DNA of 64,000 bases from Chlorokybus atmophyticus (Eukaryota; Plantae; Mesostigma and Chlorokybus algae): the NCBI GenBank assembly GCA_009103225.1, contig RHPI01002368.1, positions 165,453 to 229,452 of the forward strand. Reading direction: 5' to 3'. The notes under the pieces are model-generated. The model saw only the letters and a list, made by a program, of their open reading frames with translations. It did no database searches and had not been told where the DNA came from. The translations under genes were made by a program, and so were the position numbers. The first letter of the stretch is position 1; the number at the start of each line of letters is the position of its first letter. Shown piece after piece: positions 1 to 16,543 of the stretch.

Positions 1-327
1 GGGGAGGTGGGGGGGGGACACAGAGTCACAGTCAGCGTCCTTGATATGCAACTGCTGTTTCATTGCACACTCGCACGCAGCTGACTCTGCGTTGGTGCAC
101 ACAAGCTGTCGATGGGTCATAACGCATTGTGTGAACACGCACGTGCATGTGCTTGTGCGTGCAGCCACAAAAACCTGATTGTCAATCTATGGTGAAGCTG
201 CAGTACAACCAAGTACTGTAGCTTTCCATTGGCCTAAGCCATCACCTCCTCCCTCTCTTGCAACAGTGACTAGTCCACCAGCTGCTGTCAAAAGCAACCT
301 TGCAGCATGCAGTTTGCTGCAGCAAGC

Positions 328-795
328 TTAGTGCAATGCATGCTTATTGGCAACAGCAGCACTGGTTGACATCAAGCGAACTCCCGGTGGGCACGTGTGT
401 GAGTTGACGACTTCAACAGCAGGCTTCAAACACACCGATGTTTGTGCAAGCCCAGCGTCTGTCAGCTGTGTTTGACTGTAAGTTGGGTGCAACAGAAAAT
501 TGTGATGCCTCAAAGTGATGTGACGGCATTACAGTAAGGTATTTTGCGGAGCTTCGTACTTGCGTGCCAGCGTAAGTGTGCGCGGTTGTATGTGCTTGCG
601 AGGTTGCGGCTGTGCAAGTGTGCGCATGCAGTTGAGCAAGCGCACTGAGGCAAATACCTTCTTCACAGGTACATTTGATGTGAACTGTGTGACTAAATTT
701 ACCATGTATATACGTCTGCCCTCAAGCCACGCCTGCTCCTCTGAGTACCTAAGCAGCAGCGGCCGCGAGGCCGTGGACACAGCCCGCCGCCACAT
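328..795 (-). CDS. Possible 5' part of an unidentified gene running off the left edge, with a mitochondrial-presequence-like N-terminus
   Basis: ATG at 795 opens MWRRAVSTASRPLLLR (Arg/Ser/Ala-rich, no acidic residues), and donor/acceptor-like sites follow. I could not build a phase-consistent exon chain or recognise a domain. Confidence 0.2.
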
Positions 796-1308
796 CGCCG
801 CCGCCCCTGCCTTGTCAGTCGTATGCAACTAGCGAAAGCCGCAGCAGGAGCGTCGGCATTGGGGCGATCGCATGGTGGAGGCGTTAGCAGCTGCTGCTCT
901 ACGCTCTTCTGCGTGGCGAAGTGTGCGGCGGTGGAAGCAAAGGTTGCCGGAAGGCTGTTGCTGTGGAACCGGCAGCTGGTCTCAATCATGCACAGCCTAG
1001 CGCAACGCAAGTCACTGGAAATGAGAGGAAGAGCCAACCCAAGCGAGCACAGTGCTAGCAGAAAATGTCTCGTCATCTGCTACGTTGACTGGACGACTGT
1101 GTTGACAGCGGATTGTTGCCGTCAATGTTCTTCACGCACGCAACCTGCAATTGCAATGCCAAGCATGACGTTAACATGCTGGGCAAGTAGCTGAACATAG
1201 CACCTTACTGGACGCACAATATAACATCCAGCTGTGTTTTGACAGTCTTTGTCATAAAGTGCTTCAGCTTCAGCTTTAGCTTACTGGTATGCACTGTGAC
1301 CAACAGTG

Positions 1309-1363
1309 GCGTAAAGCTGGTAAGCTGGTTTACCATACAATGTATGGTAAACTAGCTTTACGC
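1309..1363. repeat. Imperfect palindrome/hairpin
   Basis: GCTGGTTTACCATAC-aat-GTATGGTAAACTAGC (one G:T). An outer GCGTAAAGCTGG / CTAGCTTTACGC pair flanks it. Confidence 0.8.
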
Positions 1364-1436
1364 GTTGAGTTACTGTTAGTAAGCACTTGTCTGCTTTCTC
1401 TCGGTTTCGGCTGAATGCAAAGTGCTGCTTTCATAA

Positions 1437-1634
1437 TGTGACTGGCAGCTAGGGTGAAGAAGCTGCTCCTCACTAGCAAGCTACCAGTCACATCATGTGA
1501 CTGGCAGCTAGGCTGACTGGAAAAGCTGCCTCCATTAGCAGCTTCTTCATCTACCAGTCAAATCATGTGACTGGCAGCTAGGTGACTGAAGAAGCTGCTA
1601 GTCTCTAGCAGCTTCTTCGCCTATCAGTCACATG
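1437..1634. repeat. Tandem array of three fold-back units of about 56-70 bp
   Basis: Units start TGTGACTGGCAGCTAGG at 1437, 1496 and 1566 and end (C/T)CAGTCA(CA). Unit 3 has a perfect 13-bp inner stem GAAGAAGCTGCTA(1588-1600)/TAGCAGCTTCTTC(1606-1618). Confidence 0.9.
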
Positions 1635-1648
1635 TGTGATGACATGAC

Positions 1649-1865
1649 ATGTGGCGTGGTGGTAAGCTGTACGTAAGGGAGGGGAACGAATGGACCTCCG
1701 TGAGTGTGCTCTTATCCTTGGGGTTGGGTGGGGTGGCGGCCGGTGGAGGTGGCAGCGGAGGTGGAGGAGGAGGAGAAGGACAACACGAAGCGCGCAAACA
1801 CCGCTTCCGCCTCTGCTCTCCCTGGTCGCAAGCAGCTGGGAGAAGGGGAGGTCGAGTGGAGTGGT

Positions 1866-1901
<36 letters not shown>

Positions 1902-4900
1902 TCGCATATATTGCTTGGCCAACGGCAACATTCGTATGGTGGAACACTGGGTGCCAACGTTTTTCTTTCAGGTGAGACAAGCATAGTTGCCACACTCAGA
2001 AAGCTGTGTGCGTGCATTTTACAGTTGAACCAGCTGTGCGGTAGCAGTGCACTTCTCGAGTGCACCAACGTGCAGCCGCTTGTGTACATTTGTATGGATG
2101 ACCATGGAACTCGGTCACCAACAGGTGGCTTTGTTAAAGAAGGGAGCCGCAGGAGCCATAGCCAATTGTGACTTAATTTGACGTTTGGTGTCGACCTGAG
2201 GTCATGGAGCCCACCAACCATGATGAAGCTCAGGCAAACATGCTGGTACTTCGACTACGCCAAGGCTGGAGGTGCCAGGTGCGCTATCACAGCACTGCGT
2301 GTGCATTGTGTAGCGAGTTTATTTGTCAGATAGCGTGGTTGGTGCGGTATCAATTGTAGCTAATAGCACTTGTACGCAGTACAATCAAGACGAGAATGAA
2401 GCAGTGGTGATTGATCCGCTAGGCAACAAGTACACATACGAGGAAGGCTACGTACTCTACTTGGCTTGCCGGTACTCGGACGACATTGCTGACGACCTGG
2501 GAATTCCTTCCATTGCTGAGCTAATAGGTAACACAGCTTCTTGGTGGCCCGCGCAAGTCGTGCAAGTTGCTCAGGCTGCTTACTGTTGCTGTCTGGCAGA
2601 ACAAGTCCGCACCGTCGAACTTGACGATGAGTCAAGCTCTGGGACCACTTCCGCAGGCAGCCTTGATGCAGTCAGTGCGCTTTTGCATCTGCATCCGAGT
2701 GATGAACAAGAAGGCGCTACCAGCCCGGAGTTCGTGCGCGCCTTCAGGGCAGCTGTGCAGGGTCAGATGGCACAGAACTTCAAGGACGCCCAAGAGAACG
2801 AGCAGGAGTTGCAGGCTGAAGAAGGAGAAGCTGTGTCCCCCGGCAAGGAGACCCTAACGCAGGGCCCGACAGCCCAATACGAGTATCGTATGCTGCCTCC
2901 AAGCCGCAAACGGCAGCAGCCCGGGGGCTCAAACAACCCTGCGCAGCAAGCACTGCAAGCTGAGCTGGATAAATTGTGGGCGGACCACCGTGCGGCCAGT
3001 GACGATCAGGACGAAGACCGGGCAGCAGAGATGCTACAGAGAATCCGCAATGTGAAGGCGGGTCTGAGGCCCCGATTGGACAAAGCATCCTTGCGGCAGC
3101 GCATCCAGCTGTGCAGGAAGGCCGTGCAAGACCTGGACCCCAGTGGGTTGTTAGTCGATAGGAACAGCTGGCGGTCAGAGAGCCCTGCCGCAACGCAGTG
3201 CCGAAAGTTCAAAGAAAATGGGTGTCTGCCCATGTCGTCGTCCGCTGTCAAGCCGAAACAGCTTGTCGCATACGAAGCATCCGGCAAACTTAAGCAGCAG
3301 CTGCAGCAACAGCTTGTTGCAATCATGCCGCTGGTGGCCACCAAATCCGCTGGCCTGTTTGATGATATCAGCATTGTCCCCACTCGCTCCACGCAGATGG
3401 CTGCCATCCAGCGCGACGCCAGCACAGGCTGCGCAGGATCTGACTGCGTGTGTATGATAATCCCGACCGCCTACCCCTTCTACTATCGCTGCTTGTTGAG
3501 GTTCATTGTGCATGAAGTTTTCATGAAGGATGCACGAGCGCAGCACGCGCATGAGATGGTATGCACATGGTCAATGGCCGCATGTGTGATGTCAGGGTGG
3601 GCGCTTGTTTGCTAATTTGGGATGCTGTTGCAGCTGCAATGCGCAAAGACAGGCGCCCAATCGCTGCTGGCCTCCCTGATGCAGGCACGGAAAACGAGCA
3701 CTAGCGCTCAGTGCTTGTGGGCTTGGCGCTTCACCTTCGGGCTGGTGCCGTACTACTTTACTCAGGGCACGAATGCAGCTCAATCCAAACAAAACATCAC
3801 CAACGACATCCAAGCCTTCAACAAGGAGATTAGGGGCGTGCTTAAGTCAAAATATAACCTGCCAAATGAGGACCTCAGCATGTTTGAGGCCGTCATTGTT
3901 GACAACCTGCACGTCATCCCTCTGGTAGGCACTCTGAAGGGTGCTGCAACACACGCAGCAGGATGCTGTATCAATGTGCGTGCGGAAGAACTAACACAGA
4001 AACTGGCCGCAGAGAAGGGAGGAAGTGGGAGCAGAACTTGGCTTGGGTTACGACCCGTTCTTCTTCCAACAAGTTGTTGTTCGCTGCGCATACTCGGCCA
4101 ATCTGGTTAAAATTCTTGACCTGGAGGCCGACCTATGCAAACAGGCAAGTCTTGACGTGCTGAGCTGAAAAGAACATAGTGGTGTCCTTTGCCACTGTAC
4201 TAGTACTAGGCCACCAGGTGACTGACCAAATGCACGGCCAGAAGAGGGAGGAGGTGCGGGGGNNNNNNNNNNNNNNNNNNNNNNNNNNNNNNNNNNNNNN
4301 NNNNNNNNNNNNNNNNNNNNNNNNNNNNNNNNNNNNNNNNNNNNNNNNNNNNNNNNNNNNNNNNNNNNNNNNNNNNNNNNNNNNNNNNNNNNNNNNNNNN
4401 NNNNNNNNNNNNNNNNNNNNNNNNNNNNNNNNNNNNNNNNNNNNNNNNNNNNNNNNNNNNNNNNNNNNNNNNNNNNNNNNNNNNNNNNNNNNNNNNNNNN
4501 NNNNNNNNNNNNNNNNNNNNNNNNNNNNNNNNNNNNNNNNNNNNNNNNNNNNNNNNNNNNNNNNNNNNNNNNNNNNNNNNNNNNNNNNNNNNNNNNNNNN
4601 NNNNNNNNNNNNNNNNNNNNNNNNNNNNNNNNNNNNNNNNNNNNNNNNNNNNNNNNNNNNNNNNNNNNNNNNNNNNNNNNNNNNNNNNNNNNNNNNNNNN
4701 NNNNNNNNNNNNNNNNNNNNNNNNNNNNNNNNNNNNNNNNNNNNNNNNNNNNNNNNNNNNNNNNNNNNNNNNNNNNNNNNNNNNNNNNNNNNNNNNNNNN
4801 NNNNNNNNNNNNNNNNNNNNNNNNNNNNNNNNNNNNNNNNNNNNNNNNNNNNNNNNNNNNNNNNNNNNNNNNNNNNNNNNNNNNNNNNNNNNNNNNNNNN

Positions 4901-7244
4901 NNNNNNNNNNNGGCGGCGGGGGGGGGAGCGTTTAGTGTCCGTTTGGAATCACATTTTCTTAACGGTCTGTTTGTAATGACAGGCTTACGGCCCCTTGCTG
5001 AGCTGTCCTGCAAGCGGTAAATCCTTGATCTGCAGGACAGAGCGTGCGCTAGAGCAGTCAGGCTCCCCATCGGAACCTGCTGTTTTAGCGCCCATTGCAA
5101 TGTTCATCGACGAGTGGGACAAGTGGCGCCAGGACTGCAGTGGTCAGATAGGCGCTCTGGACCTGCTGTTCTTTCGTGGCAGAGACGGAAGAATGCCGCT
5201 GTTGCGGCAGTGTGCTGTTGCGGCCGGTTGCACAGCAACACCGCATGTTCTTTTCATCTGCCAGAGCCGGACAGAGCGCCCGCTGCGAATGGTGTACAAG
5301 AAACCAAGTGACGACTACATCAGTCTTCCTGGCATTGAGCATCTTGAACTCATCAGCAGCGGCTGCGAATACATTACCCTGGACTGCGCCGACCAGTACC
5401 AGCCCAAAGTGCGTGGAAACAGCGGTGCATCTGAGATGACAAAGCATCCCGCAATCAAGGCTTGCTTCGGCGACGCATTCAATGCCTGGCGGGATCTGAC
5501 AGGAGACGAGAAGGAGCCAGACAACCATGTACATGTAATGATTCGGCACGCGCCGCCACATGCCGCACGTATCAAGCTGGCCAAAGAGGCGATTGACCTT
5601 GCCAACGAGCAGCACATGCCCTTGATTACAATCATTGATGACAATGGCCGGCGCCAGCCCAAACAGAACACTGCGATCAAGATCTTTTTCTCAAAAGACG
5701 CTGCCGATGCTGCTGAGCATTTGGTCCTTCCTAACGGCTTCGGAGACCTGGCTGAGGCCGGGAGGCTACCAGCTATTTGGAAGGGCGTGTATGAGTACAT
5801 GGCGCCCAAGACGAGAGGGTGGCTTTGCGACAATGCCTCAGCGATTAGGGAAAAGCAGTTGAAGTCGCTCAACAAGTCTCGCACGTACGGCATCAAAGTC
5901 CCATTTCCGGTGAGCGGTCGTACTTAGTAAGCAGATGTAACGTATGCGCATATACGCGCACTGACAGGCACGGGCATGCACGCGCATGAATGCGCATGTG
6001 CGCAATCACACACAACATGTCTTGAGTGCAGGGCAAACCTATGGTAGATTTTCGCCCTATGGTGTTGGAGATTTTGTGGCAGCTTCAAAAGATGCTGCGT
6101 AGGCCGAAGCACCCACTGTTTTGGTATGGTTGCTTACAGGCAGGCTCTGTGCTTGTAACAGTGCTCGGATACTGATGCGTGTAACAGTACCTTGGCAGGA
6201 GGCAAGGCTTCTCGAGCGAACGTGTACAAAACTATCAGCCACCAGTGTGCCATCACCCACTGTCACATCCGCATCACCGAGCACTCCGAAGCAGCGTGCA
6301 TAGAGTCCGTGCTGCAGACATTTGGGAGGGAGTGCTCTACAGGGCCCAAACCCAAGAGAAAGCCTGTGCTTTATGTGGACTCTTCCACTTCTCGCCTGCT
6401 CAAGGCGGCTATTGTTGGATGGTGTTGGGGCATGCTGAAGGCGTTGCGCAACCAACCGATACATAATGACATCTTTGACAATGAGATCGTTAAGGGAATG
6501 GGCAACATCATCGGCAAGCGCGACAAGGCGATGAAGTTCTCGCGCCGCAGACTCAATCCCTTGCATGCTGAAGGCGTGTTCCCCATGGCTGGGAATTTGA
6601 TGGTCCGCAACTTCAGCAACAACAGCAACGCCTGCAGCGTTGACATGGAGCTAGATATACTTGCAGTGGACACCAATGACCCTGCCCTCAATGTTACGCA
6701 ACTCATCGAGAAGAGCATCAGGGAGCTTGCCAAGCAGACTGCGTGCAAACGCAGCGAAATACATGAGGTGGAGGACTTGTTCAAGCGGACCAATCGTCCG
6801 GTTGCGGTGTGGAAGCGCGACATGGCTGAGGGCGTCTGGGACTTGGTAGTGCAGTTACAGCGTCTTGGCTTCCGCAATGATGAGGACCTACTGAAGCAGG
6901 TCAATGCGGACTTGATCGACGGCCTTATTGAAGGAGACTACCTCAACCCCGCGGAGAACGAGTGGCTGTCGAGCAAGCGCACTATCAACTGGCTGAGCAC
7001 GCAAGGAGACTTCATGCGCGGCCACGGGGCGCCGGCCGCCTTTATTTCCCACTGGAACCAGTTGCAGGTGTCGGCCAGGCTATACAGCGAGCAGCAGTTC
7101 ATCATCTTCATTGTTCCCAACGTGTCTCTTTTGAAAGACCACGAGACCATCACCGACATGAAGCGCGGCTTGTACTATGAGTGTTGGTTCAAGTTCCATA
7201 AGGTGGGAATCAATGTGGCGCTGATGCTTGTTGAAGAGCACTAG
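1649..7244 (+). CDS. Multi-exon gene for a large divergent SF2 helicase/ATPase-like protein; 5' end uncertain, interrupted by an N gap
   Basis: Long ORFs are joined by short phase-compatible introns (e.g. GTATGC at ~3559 to AG ~3632; 3924-4012). Motifs occur in SF2 order: I-like LLASLMQARKT (3679-3696), II AMFIDEWD (5103-5120), III GCTATP (5226-5243), V-like GGKASRA (~6198), VI LQTFGR (6312-6329). Stop at 7244. Confidence 0.5.
4263..4911. other. Assembly gap (N run) inside the SF2-like gene
   Basis: Run of n flanked by G-rich sequence. Confidence 0.99.
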
Positions 7245-7445
7245 TCATTGAAGCAAGGAAGAAACAAAGAAAACCGCTGTAAGTTTACAGTTTGCTGCCC
7301 TCAGGGCCTGGTGCTGGCTGTCAAGCGAGGATGTGAGAGCGATGAAGAGACTGCTCCAGACCAAAAGCTCCACAATGTTCGTGCAGTGTATGTCGTGTTG
7401 TTTGTATGCAACATCAGCATCACTAACGACCATGCTTAGACACAC

Positions 7446-8488
<1,043 letters not shown>

Positions 8489-9930
8489 CTCCGTAGCCTT
8501 GTACATACACCCTCTGATAGTTAGCCTTGCAAGTACACCCTCTTTTAGTTAGCAGTGCTGTGACTTGTCTTGACGCTTCCCTTCATGCATGCACAAACAG
8601 TAATGCACAGAGGTAGACCAAGTAAACCAACGCAAAAGTTATTACAATGCAACAAGGCAGCAGCAAACAGCAAACAGCAAGCAGCAAGCAAAGGGCTGGC
8701 CCGGGCCCCTAACGCTAGCAATGTATGTGCTATGTGCTGTGCTGGTACATGCAGTTGAAGTCAACTTGTGCACATGCTTAAGATCACAATATGGTATGAC
8801 TAGCACACGTGCGTATTTACAATCATGGCATACACTGCAAACAGCATAGTTAACAGCAGCTTGAACATTGGTGTAGCTGGCGGCTGCTTGTTCCTAGGCT
8901 AACACTCTAATGGGCCATACCTCCATCAGCCTTGGTGTTACAGCAGGGGTCTGTGGTCGATGCAGCCACATTTGTTGCAGCGCTTTTACAATGAGCACAT
9001 GAGCTTCAGCAAATCACCACACAACAGCAGTAAGGACCCTTCCTCGGCTAGCCAATGGACCATGCCAAGCGCCGCGCATGCACACTCAAGTGCAGTATGG
9101 ACGAATGTGCGTGCGCGTTGTGCAGCACAATGCGTGCTGCACAGCCTACCCCACACCTGTCAACACATCCAGTCATATTGAGCAGTGGACCTCTGGATGC
9201 ACAAGCACTCAAGAGGTAGTTGCCAACAATTTTAGTTTTATGTACCCTTGGTTTGCATCGCTTTCCAACATTTTCAGAACGGAACTGCCGGTTGTTAGTC
9301 ATGCGCAAGTGTATGCACATGCATAGGCAAAGACTACAGTTTTACGCTTTTAGCAACGCAACGCAATTGCGCTAATGCTGAGCATGGCAACATTGCTAGG
9401 GGGTGTGCTCACAGCTATGCAACACAGCAGGTGAGTAAGTGAGCAGGTGCAGGCGGTATACTCAGTAACTAACCAAGCGTGGTGTGACAAGCTGCCCTCA
9501 GCAGCACAGGCAGCAGCATGCACAACAACGGCATACTTGAGAGTAGGCTTCATGTCCATGCATACCAAGCACATAACACCTGTGCGGATTTCATGTACTA
9601 CAGAACATGTGTTCTCAGTATTTGCAACAAGGTTGGTGTGCGCACATGTGCATACTCAATGACTGCGCCCACCCGCGCCTGCACGCACACACACGCTCCG
9701 CGTCCATCACCGCGCTCACATTACTTTTGTGTTCAGTACTGTGCATCCCAGACAGCCAGACTGTCACCAAGAGTCTTGAACTCTGTGTAAATCAATGCGT
9801 GTTGTCACGCGCACTGCGCATATGCGTGGCTGTGTGGGCACACAGCCTCTTATCTACCTTTGCCCCTACTCACAAACAAAGTCATGCCACAAAACCGCGC
9901 GCGCACAGCACACTATCCACACCCACTTAT

Positions 9931-12586
9931 TCATTCATCCTTCTTCACTATCGTCGGCACGAACTTCGGCGCCGGCTTCCTGCTTCTATCCGATTTCCTC
10001 GCGACCTTGATATCAACCTTGCCTTCCGCCTTATCTTTCTCTCTCCTCATGGCTTTCACCACGACCGACGGGGCCGATATCGCCTCCTTCTTTGTTATCG
10101 CTAAGTGGCGAATGACGGCCTCCGATTTCTCCAAGTAGGCTTTGATATCGTTGATGATGGCGGGGTCAGCCTCGATGTTGAAGAGGAGATATCGGCCCTC
10201 GGTGAAGCGCTGTATCCGGTAAGCCAGCTGGCGCATACCCCAGTCTTCGTATCTGTGAACTGAACCGCCCACCTTTGCCAGTACACCTGAATGAGAGTGT
10301 GAGTGTGTGTTAGTGTGTGCGCGCGTGCGTGCATGCGTGCACAAGTGTGGATTTGTAGTATTGAGTGAGTAACCGAGTGCATCACAAGTCTTTGTATGGA
10401 CGAATGAAATAAAAGTTGATCTGTTGTGAACATGCGACGAGATATGGTTGTGCCAGCGATCAACAGGTTGAATGAGTCATGCGAGTGTGTGCAAGCAGAA
10501 GAGCAGGTGATCCACTGATCCACTACTTGAGCGAGTGCATCACAACAGATGGAAACAGCATGAGTGTTAGGCATATGCACCCATGTGTTTGTGTTTGAAG
10601 CATACACTAACTTGCATGCTACATGTTACTGAAGACAACTTGCGTGGCGAAAGTCAAAAGACACTGAAGTAAGTCATGCCACAACGACCAACCTTTGATG
10701 TGCTCTTTAATCTCCGGCGCGCGTGCATCGGCCTCGGGGGAGACGACTATACACACCTCGTAATGCCTCGCTGCGATGAACATAATCTCAACCGCAAGAG
10801 CATATAGTAGTAGCGACCAGCTCACAACATGGTGGCCAGACGTGTGCACCCCGTGTCACACGCGCACTCTTTAGCTTTAGCACACGCGTGTCAAGGCGCG
10901 CACAAGTACACACACACATGAGCACGCATGCGCACAAGCATGCACTACTGCACACGCAATTGCACAAGCACCACACACGCGTACCCACCCACACATGATG
11001 CAGTGCACGTACCAGTGGCTTCATCTTCGTCATCTTCTATAACCAGCTGTGAAAGCCATTGCAGATCCAGAGTCTGCTCCTCTGCAAGACAACACATAAT
11101 AAGCAAATAGCATCACTCCATTCGCGTATGCTATGTTTGCGCCACATGAGGTTGTAGCACAAACGCATTCTATGTTTGAACTACAACCTCATGTATACAG
11201 GCAACACCACAGCTAGGACAAGAATGTTGTTGGCAGGCGTACAAGGGCATGTATCATGTGTGCAAGCCGCACAGTTATTTGCTAAGAGACGGACATTCAC
11301 ACGTACCCACGTAAGCACGCATGCACACAACACGCTTTCTACATACTGACGCATTGATAGCAAGAGAGCAACTTACAGACTCTCATCACTACGTAAGTTG
11401 CTGTCTTGCTACCGATGTGTGTGGGTGCGTGCGCGTGCACGTGCGTGTGTGTGTGACATAATGCAAGTGACGTACCCTGTTCTAGGACTTCAAGTTGCCT
11501 GCGCGTGGACTGTTTCGGCTGCGGCTGGGGCTGCGGCTGCGACTCCAGCAAACAAACCGCCTGCAACCAATATGACATTGATCAAGCCTTTCACATGCGC
11601 GTATGCGTCCAACTTGACAGACACAAATTGAAAACTCACATGCGAGTGTGGGGAGCGAATCGCCTCCGCTGCCACAAACCGGTTGCGGCTCCTCTTTGGG
11701 CTTGTGCAATTGGCTGCGTCGTACAGCGCAGGGGAAAGCACAGCCGATCTCAAGACAGTGGCGTCTGCATTTAAAAGAAACAATCTTGTTTACTGATTGA
11801 TAGATTGAGCGTACACCCCCCCCCCCCCCCNNNNNNNNNNNNNNNNNNNNNNNNNNNNNNNNNNNNNNNNNNNNNNNNNNNNNNNNNNNNNNNNNNNNNN
11901 NNNNNNNNNNNNNNNNNNNNNNNNNNNNNNNNNNNNNNNNNNNNNNNCCCCCCCCCCCCCCCTGCACACACACACATATACACACAGGTTCTATGCGCAC
12001 GTGTGCTGAACATGACCTAGTAGCTTGTGCCACGTATGCAATGCACTTGTGCTTGTGCGCATGTAAATTACAAGCAACTAACCTGTACCATACATGGCAT
12101 AGTGCATGCGCAAAACAATTCACATAAAACACGTGCAGCATACGTGTATCATACATAGAAGACTGAAACCCCAACGCCCTTGCAAATCGCACTAACAATT
12201 GCTGCACTCTGAACCAACTAACACCAGAATGCGCCCAAGTTCACACCTTCTATGGTATGCTTGTTTTGGGGCATATCAATATGTAAACAGTTGTTACAGT
12301 AAGCAACGTTACTAAGTTGCATTTTGAAAACGGAAACCACCAACAATTCAACGATTATGAAGTCATGTCTCGAGGCTGCAGATTTAAGGCCATGTCATGG
12401 CTGCGCAGATGGGTTTTGGGGCAAATGCATTGGTTGCAACACAAGTGTGAAACACGGCCACAGCCCAAGACCTCTCATACAGTCAAGCCACATCGCAAGT
12501 AACACAGAACTTCAAGCATCCGCCCCCCAACCTGGAAGCAAGCGCTGCGCCGCCACGCCACCACACGCCGCCGCCGCCGCCGCCAT
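9931..12586 (-). CDS. Plastid-targeted bacterial ribosomal protein S6 (bS6)-family protein, RFC3-like; 6 exons
   Basis: Phase-consistent exon chain from ATG 12586 (MAAAAAACGGVAAQRLLP) through DATVLRSAV...SH, AVCLLESQPQP...EQ, EEQTLDLQW...EAT and ARHYEVCIVVSPEADARAPEIKEHIK to GVLAKVGGSVHRYEDWGMRQLAYRIQRFTEGRYLLFNIEA...VIRHLAITK. RHYE and DWGxRxLAYxI are bS6 hallmarks. The acidic pre-domain linker and WGMRxLAYxIQ match the Arabidopsis RFC3 type as I recall it. Confidence 0.8.
11831..11947. other. Assembly gap (N run) in intron 1 of the S6-like gene
   Basis: n run flanked by poly-C on both sides. Confidence 0.99.
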
Positions 12587-13251
12587 TTTTATCACACCCC
12601 TATTTTCTCCAAAGCTGCCGTAACTTCATACTTCATTACCGATCAAGCGGCGGCGTAATCCAACGGCTGAACGATAGTCCACGTGTAATGCTTTGAAACC
12701 GGTTCAGCACGTTATTGGTCAGGGTTGATCAAGCCCGATCCGGCTGGGCTGCTTGCTCGGTTGGCCGACAGCTGGCCAGTCCAGCTGAGATGGTGGCGTT
12801 TCTCAGTTTAAATCTGGTAGGTACTGCCGGAACCCCAGGAATCGGTCACTAATGACCGTAAGTTGGTTACCATCTGCCTGTATATGACCGCAATTCAGCG
12901 CTGATGCAGAGAATGAGCACCAGCTTCGAACCAGACCGCGGTCAGCGGTCCGACGAGATGTGGTTCTACGCAAAGACCGGTGCTCTACCGGATCTTACTC
13001 AGTCAATAGCCGACAAGAGTTGACATTTTGACCGACGAGCCAACTACTCTTGCCGGCTATTATCCACACCGTCAACAGCCGAATTGAAGCCACAAGCTAC
13101 GACGTATTCGTAATACATATCAGTTACGTATCTGACGAGTTACGGTCGTCTTCTCTGGCTGGCAGCATTTTCGCCATTTTCCCCCGCATTATCCTGCGCC
13201 TTATCCTCCTCCGCATTGTTGGTGTTGCTAACAACGACGGCGGCAGCGATA
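12587..13251. promoter_or_regulatory. Putative bidirectional promoter (S6-like / GapB)
   Basis: 665 bp between divergent start codons at 12586(-) and 13252(+). Confidence 0.5.

Positions 13252-16543
<3,292 letters not shown>

Noticed and set aside
1437-1634. CRISPR-like repeat array
   Set aside because: Eukaryotic context, only three units, no unique spacers between the repeats, and no cas genes.
2431-2599. PWWP-like motif (WWPAQV) at the N-terminus of the SF2-like protein
   Set aside because: The motif lies within 2528-2599, which has a GTAACA donor, a CTGGCAG acceptor, matching phase and a 72-nt length like this gene's other introns. It is probably an in-frame intron, so the motif may not be coding.
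4048-5100. ORFs spanning N runs (also at 11.5-12.2 kb and 25.0-25.4 kb)
   Set aside because: They are open only because N codons contain no stops.
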